Positions 36,969-42,362 of a DNA stretch of 42,550 bases are shown here, piece by piece. A model generated the notes under the pieces. The model was not told the origin of the DNA. It made no database searches and worked only from the letters and a program-made list of their open reading frames with translations. A program made the translations under genes and the position numbers. The stretch lies in IMG/VR virus record IMGVR_UViG_3300045988_119148, one strand, 5' to 3'. The stretch comes from a virus. The number at the start of each line of letters is the position of its first letter. Position 1 is the first letter of the stretch.

Positions 36969-36999
36969 ATTGTTTTATCCGGAAATAAATATATCTTTG
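36969..36999 (+). promoter_or_regulatory. Promoter P4 (aTTG-N19-TATCTTTG)
   Basis: TATCTTTG at 36992-36999. It shares the extended core TATCTTTGTAGTG with P5. Confidence 0.5.
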
Positions 37000-37055
37000 T
37001 AGTGCTTAGTTAATAGTTAAGAAGTTTTTTCATCATCTATTTTTAGGTATTAGTG

Positions 37056-37085
37056 GAGGGCGGTTTTCCGCCCTCTTCTTATTTT
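37056..37085 (+). terminator. Canonical rho-independent terminator
   Basis: GAGGGCGG-tttt-CCGCCCTC followed by ttcttatttt. Confidence 0.75.
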
Positions 37086-37245
37086 GGCTTTAAAAAATCA
37101 ATTCTAAGGCATTTTTCTTGTTGGGGGTATATAAATATTGTTTCGATTAGAAAGTAGCTTAAATTTAAAATTCGCCTGAAATAAGTGTTATTTTAATGAC
37201 TTATTTTTTTTTTTTGAAAAAAATCCCTCTTTTTTTAATCTAAAA

Positions 37246-37277
37246 TTTGCGAGTTTAAAATAAATGCACTATCTTTG
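37246..37277 (+). promoter_or_regulatory. Promoter P5 (TTTG-N20-TATCTTTG), third copy of the promoter cassette
   Basis: TTTG at 37246-37249, TATCTTTG at 37270-37277. The spacer tttgcgagtttaaaata is shared with P2 and P7. Confidence 0.65.
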
Positions 37278-37283
37278 TAGTGT

Positions 37284-37555
37284 CAAACAAAGAAAGCCCC
37301 CACCGGTTGACTAAGAGTATCCAAAACGACCGGTTATAAGGCGAAAGCCGTAAGAGGAGAAAGAAGGACAGTATCTCCGAAGGGTTTAATGAGGGTTCGG
37401 TATCCGATTAAATGAAGCTATAAAGCCCAAAGCTTTCTAAGTTAGACAACAACCGACCGGACGGGTTTCCGGAAAACAAAAAATAACTGATATGGGAATA
37501 AGGCAAATAAAAGGCTGATAGGTAAACAACAAAGAAAAACCTATCAGCCAAGAAA
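37284..37555 (+). ncRNA. Candidate structured non-coding leader/ncRNA transcribed from P5
   Basis: About 270 nt with stops in all + frames. Local hairpins: ACCGGT...ACCGGT, GGC-GAAA-GCC tetraloop, GGAGA...TCTCC, CCGAA...TTCGG, AAAGC-ccaaa-GCTTT, CCGGA-cgggtt-TCCGG, and a 10-bp stem at 37513-37549. Both ends are inferred. Confidence 0.35.
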
Positions 37556-37576
37556 AAAGAGAGTTTCATTTTATAG
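37505..37576 (-). ncRNA. Candidate ~70-nt antisense sRNA (minus-strand -7 box plus intrinsic terminator)
   Basis: The minus strand reads TATCTTTG (37590..37583). About 35 nt further on comes GGCTGATAGG-N17-CCTATCAGCC followed by TTTTATTT. This is the only minus-strand promoter/terminator pair I could find. Confidence 0.35.
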
Positions 37577-37661
37577 CCGCCACAAAGATACTATATTAAA
37601 TTATATATCCTCTATCATGAATATAAAAATTATATATTTATACGAGTGGTTAAAAATAAAA

Positions 37662-37692
37662 TTGCACATGTTATATTTAAATATTAAATTTG
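37662..37692 (+). promoter_or_regulatory. Promoter P6 (aTTG-N20-TAAATTTG) for the early operon
   Basis: TAAATTTG at 37685-37692, 25 nt upstream of ATG 37717. Confidence 0.55.
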
Positions 37693-37716
37693 CATAGTCA
37701 AAGGAAAGGGAGAGAA

Positions 37717-38127
37717 ATGAGAGTAAAAGACGATAAGAATTTAAAGCATTTGGCAGGCAGAGCCAGTAAAACGCCGGAAACAATATCAAGTATTATTATT
37801 GATTATTGCCCGAAATGGGATATATTAATAAATGATTCTTTTTATTTCGGTAAAACTCTCCGAGAATGTATAGATTTAGATACATTGATATTAGATATAT
37901 TAGATGTGTTTAAAGATATGGGAATAAGCCGTATAAAATATAGTGATTATATGTCCTTAATGAATCTAACATTATTAGGTGATGGAGACTGCCCCGAATG
38001 CGGTTCTTTTATGGAGGTTACGGATTACGAATGTAGTTTATATGATGATGAAGAGCCGCCTAAATGGGTAGAAAAAATGTGCCCTAATTGCGGACTATAT
38101 ATTAATGATAAACCAAGAATTTTTTAA
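37717..38127 (+). CDS. Early protein with a C-terminal zinc ribbon
   Basis: ATG at 37717 (MRVKDDK...). CPECG ... CPNCG. AT-rich. Confidence 0.6.
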   Translation: MRVKDDKNLKHLAGRASKTPETISSIIIDYCPKWDILINDSFYFGKTLRECIDLDTLILDILDVFKDMGISRIKYSDYMSLMNLTLLGDGDCPECGSFMEVTDYECSLYDDEEPPKWVEKMCPNCGLYINDKPRIF

Positions 38128-38138
38128 AACTTATAGAA

Positions 38139-38366
38139 ATGAGATTGAAAGTAAACGAAGCTATTGCCCAATCAGAGGCTAACGGAAAGAAAGTGTTAAA
38201 ACAAGAAATCGCGAAAAAGTTATTTAGTGGCGCGAATGAAAACACGCAACGCGTAAACATGTCAAATTTATGCAGAGGAAAGACGCAAAGAATTAAACCG
38301 GAATGGATTAATATTATTTGTCATGAATGCGATTGTACGCCGAACTTCCTTTTCGGATTTGAATAA
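38139..38366 (+). CDS. XRE/Cro-like helix-turn-helix regulator
   Basis: 75 aa. KQEIAKKLF...TQRVNMSNLCRGKTQRIKPEWINIICHECDCTPNFLFG fits the HTH_3 pattern. Confidence 0.7.
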   Translation: MRLKVNEAIAQSEANGKKVLKQEIAKKLFSGANENTQRVNMSNLCRGKTQRIKPEWINIICHECDCTPNFLFGFE

Positions 38367-38367
38367 T

Positions 38368-38508
38368 ATGGATGAATGGAAAGCCGATTTTTTCAGTAAT
38401 TATAAGGAAGATGTTTTTCGGTATGGATGCGTATCTGAAAGTTATATTAAATGTATTCCGTATAATGAACAGACAAAGCATTTATTAGGTACTAAAAATG
38501 ATATATAA
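38368..38508 (+). CDS. Small hypothetical protein
   Basis: ATG at 38368 (MDEWKADFF...), 46 aa, tightly packed. Confidence 0.4.
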   Translation: MDEWKADFFSNYKEDVFRYGCVSESYIKCIPYNEQTKHLLGTKNDI

Positions 38509-39220
38509 AATAAAGTCGTATAAAATGCCGATAAGCGAAGTATATAATATGGACTGTATGGAATATATGAAAGATATTCCATACGCTTTTTATGATTTAG
38601 AAATAATAGACCCTCCCTACGGGATAGGTGAAGATGGATTAAAAAACCATTCGCGAGGCAATAGAGCAAAAGCAAAACAGTACACGCCTAAAACATGGGA
38701 TAGAGCTAAACCCCAAAAACATTTATTTGATGAATTAATGAGAGTGTCAAAGAATCAAATAATATTCGGTGCAAATCATTTTATATCACAAATACCGTAT
38801 GATAGTCCGTGCTGGGTCGTATGGGATAAGAAAAACGGGAAAACAGATTTTGCGGACTGTGAATTAGCGTGGACCTCTTTTAATAAATCTGCGAAATTGT
38901 TTGCTTTTAGATGGAGCGGATTTCTACAAGAGGATATGAAAAATAAAGAGGTTAGGATACACCCGACGCAGAAACCGGTCGCCTTATATAAATTCCTATT
39001 AGAAACATTTGCTAAACCAGGGAATAGGATTTTAGATACTCATTTGGGTAGCGGGAGCAGCCGAATAGCCGCCTATAAAATGGGTTTTGATTTTTGGGGA
39101 ACTGAAATAGACAAAGAATATTTCGATGCGCAGGAAAAACGCTTTCGGGAAGAGTGTTTGGGTGAAGTGAGACTGAAAAACGGCAATGTATATAAACAAA
39201 AAGAACTATTTGAATTATGA
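38498..39220 (+). CDS. DNA methyltransferase, N6-adenine/N4-cytosine family (beta class), orphan
   Basis: Motif IV IIDPPYG near the N-terminus, RIHPTQKPVALYKFLL, and motif I DTHLGSGSS near the C-terminus. Confidence 0.85.
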   Translation: MIYKIKSYKMPISEVYNMDCMEYMKDIPYAFYDLEIIDPPYGIGEDGLKNHSRGNRAKAKQYTPKTWDRAKPQKHLFDELMRVSKNQIIFGANHFISQIPYDSPCWVVWDKKNGKTDFADCELAWTSFNKSAKLFAFRWSGFLQEDMKNKEVRIHPTQKPVALYKFLLETFAKPGNRILDTHLGSGSSRIAAYKMGFDFWGTEIDKEYFDAQEKRFREECLGEVRLKNGNVYKQKELFEL

Positions 39221-39562
39221 ATTTAGATAAACAGGCTTTTGCCAGTGGTGCAGAATGGATGAAAAAAATATTTTTCGTGGATAAGCGTAAAAGAACGTTT
39301 GCCGGAAGAAGGGCAGCGTATTTTAGTAGGCTTCTTGTTTTACTATAAATATTATGATAGGTAGGCAGAATCACGTAGGTATGTAGATATATTTACATAT
39401 AAAAAAGGCGTGTGGGTTAGAGATAATGTGGAATACTATCCGGGGAAGGAACTTACAAGGCGAGATATTAAAGTTATATGCTGGCAACCTATTCCTTCTT
39501 TTGATGAAATATTAGAAGCTAATAGGGATGTTTTGGAACGGATTAAGGAGAAAGGCGATTAA
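39217..39562 (+). pseudogene. DUF551-like gene disrupted by a +1 frameshift in an A7 run (39262-39268) and an in-frame TAG (39362-39364)
   Basis: Frame 1 gives MNLDKQAFASGAEWMKK. The +1 frame continues KKYFSWISVKERLPEEGQRILVGFLFYYKYYDR*AESRRYVDIFTYKKGVWVRDN...IKVICWQPIPSFDEILE. WISV..RLPEEGQ and W.P.P are hallmarks of DUF551. Confidence 0.65.
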
Positions 39563-39603
39563 TTATGATACGAAAAAAAAATAGATATTTCTAAAAAAAA
39601 AAA

Positions 39604-39655
39604 TTTGCACGTTTAAAATATAAATTATATCTTTGCATTGTTGAAAGTTCAACAA
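39604..39655 (+). promoter_or_regulatory. Promoter P7 (TTTG-N20-TATCTTTG) plus the 18-bp palindrome, duplicate of P2
   Basis: TTTG at 39604-39607, TATCTTTG at 39628-39635, TTGTTGAAAGTTCAACAA at 39638-39655. Confidence 0.7.
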
Positions 39656-39694
39656 CCGGCCGGACGGGTTTCCGGAAAACAAAAAATAACTGAT

Positions 39695-40039
39695 ATGAAA
39701 ACAATTAATATTCTTAATCCAAATATCACTGAAAAGGAGTGTACTTGTATGGGTGAGATTTGGTTTATACGTAAAAAGCTATGGAAGCTTGCTATAATGT
39801 TGGGGTATGACTTTTCTGCAAATGTATTAACGACACGCGGATTATCTTTCAGTAATATAATAGATAATAGCGAGGAAATTAATAAAGTATCTTCTTTCCT
39901 TGATAGAAACAATATAAAATACAAAATAGAATTATCTTATAATGGGTGGGATAAGTGTGTAATTGTTTCTAAATCAAAATCAAATATTGAAATAATAAAT
40001 AATTTATATGATGCCTTTTATAAGGCAAATAAAAAATAA
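39695..40039 (+). CDS. Hypothetical protein (AT-rich accessory gene)
   Basis: ATG at 39695 (MKTINILNP...), 114 aa. The first gene after P7. The track ORF start at 39638 lies inside the promoter/leader. Confidence 0.55.
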   Translation: MKTINILNPNITEKECTCMGEIWFIRKKLWKLAIMLGYDFSANVLTTRGLSFSNIIDNSEEINKVSSFLDRNNIKYKIELSYNGWDKCVIVSKSKSNIEIINNLYDAFYKANKK

Positions 40040-40053
40040 TAGGAGGATATACA

Positions 40054-40263
40054 ATGAAAAAAACATGTATTATGTCTGTATTAGAAAGATTGGTTAAGTA
40101 TGCCTTATCTAATGAGTTCCAATTAAAAGCTATTTTGATTCTGTTTAGCTTATTTGGGCTTGTTTTTATCTGTACGTCTTTCTATAATCCGACTTTATTA
40201 TTTTTGGCCTTGCCATGTATAATTGCTGTGATTGCATGTGTTAACGAACTAAATAAAAAATAA
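40054..40263 (+). CDS. Small two-helix membrane protein
   Basis: 69 aa with hydrophobic segments AILILFSLFGLVFICTSF and LLFLALPCIIAVIACV. AGGAGG lies 7 nt upstream. Confidence 0.55.
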   Translation: MKKTCIMSVLERLVKYALSNEFQLKAILILFSLFGLVFICTSFYNPTLLFLALPCIIAVIACVNELNKK

Positions 40264-40265
40264 TC

Positions 40266-41459
40266 ATGAAAGAAAAAGAAATTAAGTCGCCGTTTTCATT
40301 GGAACAAAATGAAGATGAAGTATTTGAAATTTATCCGGGCATGACTGCAGAAGAAATGAAAGCTTTATTTTTCGATTCTACTGCATTGATAGAGCCGGAA
40401 TACAAGCTGTTTCAACTCAATAGCAACGGGCAAAGGTATTATTATCTATTTGATGATACAGGAACTCCGAAATTTTATCCTTCTGTAACTACAATTTTAG
40501 CACAAACATTACCTAAATCGCCTTTTTTGATTAATTGGATTGCGGAGAAAGGTATAGAAGAAGCGGAAAGGTATAGAGACGAACGCGCAGCCTATGGTAC
40601 ATTTATGCACGCTGCATTTGAGGAACTATTAATAAACCGTGTTTATGATTTAGACGGCTTAAAAGATAAACTAAAAGCGTATATAGAGAATAAAAGCCTT
40701 CCTAATGACTTTATTTATTATGCAGACCAACTTAAAAAAGATGTGTTAGCGTTTGCCCAATTTATAACGGATTATGATGTAAAGCCGTTAGCAGTGGAGA
40801 TTGCTTTAGCGCATCCAATCGGTTACGCTGGCATGATTGATTTAGTTTGTACTATGTTAGTACGTCCAGGGAGTAATGAACGGATAAACGCAATAGTAGA
40901 CTTTAAAAGCGGTCGGAAGGGTTTTTCTGAGGAAGCCGAAATACAGGCGCATTTATATAAAAAAATGTGGGAAGAAAATTATCCGGATACTTCAATAGAA
41001 AGAGTATATAATTTTAGTCCGAAAGATTGGCGCAAAAATCCTACTTACAATTTGAAAAATCAAACAGATAGCCCTAACGCCTTGAAAATTCCGGCATTAT
41101 TAGAATTGGCTTCTATTGAAAACGAAAAGAAAGACAATGTTTTCACGGTCGTTAGTGGCGTTATTGATTTGGATTCAGATTCTAATTTGAATGAAAATAT
41201 AACTTCCTTAACTTTATCTGATTTAGTGAAAAGCAAAAAATCAGATAAGAAAGAAATTGCACCCGAAAAGAATATTTCTAATATAGATGATGAAGAAAAA
41301 GAGAACAAGCCCAATAAACGCACAAAAAAGCCTTCCATGGCGGTAAAATCCAAAAAAGGAGCTACCATACGCAAAAAAGAAGAAAAGGCCGCAGAATCAA
41401 AAAAAAAAGAGAATAAACAAGTGATTAAAAAATTATTGAATGATAATTTAGAGATATGA
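40266..41459 (+). CDS. PD-(D/E)XK (RecB/Cas4-like) exonuclease with a Lys-rich C-terminal tail
   Basis: YPSVTTIL, GTFMHAAFEELL, GMIDLV and IVDFKSGRK (D...D-x-K) motifs. 397 aa. Confidence 0.6.
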   Translation: MKEKEIKSPFSLEQNEDEVFEIYPGMTAEEMKALFFDSTALIEPEYKLFQLNSNGQRYYYLFDDTGTPKFYPSVTTILAQTLPKSPFLINWIAEKGIEEAERYRDERAAYGTFMHAAFEELLINRVYDLDGLKDKLKAYIENKSLPNDFIYYADQLKKDVLAFAQFITDYDVKPLAVEIALAHPIGYAGMIDLVCTMLVRPGSNERINAIVDFKSGRKGFSEEAEIQAHLYKKMWEENYPDTSIERVYNFSPKDWRKNPTYNLKNQTDSPNALKIPALLELASIENEKKDNVFTVVSGVIDLDSDSNLNENITSLTLSDLVKSKKSDKKEIAPEKNISNIDDEEKENKPNKRTKKPSMAVKSKKGATIRKKEEKAAESKKKENKQVIKKLLNDNLEI

Positions 41460-41695
41460 GAAAGATAATAAGATATATACTTTCACTGATGCCGCATCGT
41501 GAAACAAAAGTTTCATATTTTGAGTATATACACGAAATTAATCCAAGCTGTAAGGATGGATGGTATATAAAACAGATATGCCCGATGCGGAAGACTGATT
41601 ATAACGGATATAGTAAGACTTATTTTTATGTTTTATTTGAAAGGGTTGTATATGGTAAGTGGGAGAATAAAAAAACAGATTCCGAAAACAAATAA
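41456..41695 (+). CDS. Hypothetical small protein
   Basis: 79 aa, ATGA overlap with the upstream gene. Confidence 0.45.
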   Translation: MRKIIRYILSLMPHRETKVSYFEYIHEINPSCKDGWYIKQICPMRKTDYNGYSKTYFYVLFERVVYGKWENKKTDSENK

Positions 41696-42362
41696 ACTTA
41701 TATTCCCCCGAATAGGGTCTATTTGTGTAGGCTTGAAAAATGATAAAGGACTGCCGCAAAGTGTGGATTACTTTATAGCAAGGGGGAAATATGCAGGGCT
41801 ATTTCACAAGGTATATGGAGATAGGCCGCAGACTATACAAATAATATTTCCGGATGATGAAGCGCAAAACGTATGTAATGAATCGTATGAATATAGAAAC
41901 GACGCAGGAGCACGTGTAGCGTATGGCGATGGCGATACGTTCCATGTTTGGGACGGTATGCAATACACAGCATTAAATGTGAATGAATATCCCAACTTAA
42001 TGGAAAATGTATCTAAAAAGTATCCTAATAGACGCACAAGACGGGGAGATAATGGGTGGGATATAACACTAACTATGACATTTATAATACCCTTAATAAA
42101 GGGAATCGCAGGAGTATGGACATTTGTAACAAAGGGAGCCGCCTCAACTATCCCCAATATACGCGATATTTTCGATGCCGTGTTATATGAAAGGGGATTT
42201 GTTCGGGGGATTATATGGGATATGAATGTACAATTTTGTATATCGCAAAAGCCTGATACCCATTCACGGTACCCGGTTGTTTCAATAGTTCCAAATGAAA
42301 GCGATGAAAATATACAGAAAATAAAAGAATCATATAAACCATTTAAATTAATAGATAAATGA
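41652..42362 (+). CDS. Hypothetical protein (possible recombination partner of the exonuclease, by position only)
   Basis: ATG at 41652 (MVSGRIKKQIP...), 236 aa. Confidence 0.5.
   Translation: MVSGRIKKQIPKTNKLIFPRIGSICVGLKNDKGLPQSVDYFIARGKYAGLFHKVYGDRPQTIQIIFPDDEAQNVCNESYEYRNDAGARVAYGDGDTFHVWDGMQYTALNVNEYPNLMENVSKKYPNRRTRRGDNGWDITLTMTFIIPLIKGIAGVWTFVTKGAASTIPNIRDIFDAVLYERGFVRGIIWDMNVQFCISQKPDTHSRYPVVSIVPNESDENIQKIKESYKPFKLIDK

Noticed and set aside
36955-36982. DnaA-box-like TTATCCATA (36955-36963) and TTATCCGGA (36974-36982) as an alternative origin.
   Set aside because: These are single imperfect matches in AT-rich DNA with no cluster. The iteron array at 756-979 is a much stronger origin candidate.
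37204-37223. T12-G-A7 tract upstream of P5, considered as a hairpin or terminator.
   Set aside because: A pure A/T stem with a one-base loop is not a stable terminator. It is more likely an AT-tract/UP-like element of P5 or simple low-complexity sequence.
37408-37569. Minus-strand 53-aa ORF (MKLSFFLADRFFFVVYLSAFYLPYSHISYFLFSGNPSGRLLSNLESFGLYSFI) just downstream of the minus-strand -7 box. I considered a small hydrophobic toxin or exclusion peptide.
   Set aside because: The predicted intrinsic terminator (37549..37505) lies within codons 7-22. The Phe-rich composition is what poly-A/T intergenic DNA yields by chance. I kept it only as an alternative to the sRNA reading.
36260-37716. Group I intron harbouring the HNH endonuclease (a GNRA tetraloop hairpin and other structured RNA lie nearby).
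   Set aside because: No host gene is split. The flanking genes (35647..36258 and 37717..38127) are complete and unrelated. The endonuclease is bracketed by terminators, and I could not trace a P3-P9 intron core.
41669-41675. A7 run in the 44-nt overlap between ORF 41456..41695 and ORF 41628/41652..42362. A +1 shift here would fuse them, in the same direction as the two real frameshifts.
   Set aside because: The downstream ORF has its own ATG (41652). No conserved motif spans the junction, and overlaps of 17-68 nt occur elsewhere in this genome. There is no positive evidence for a fusion.
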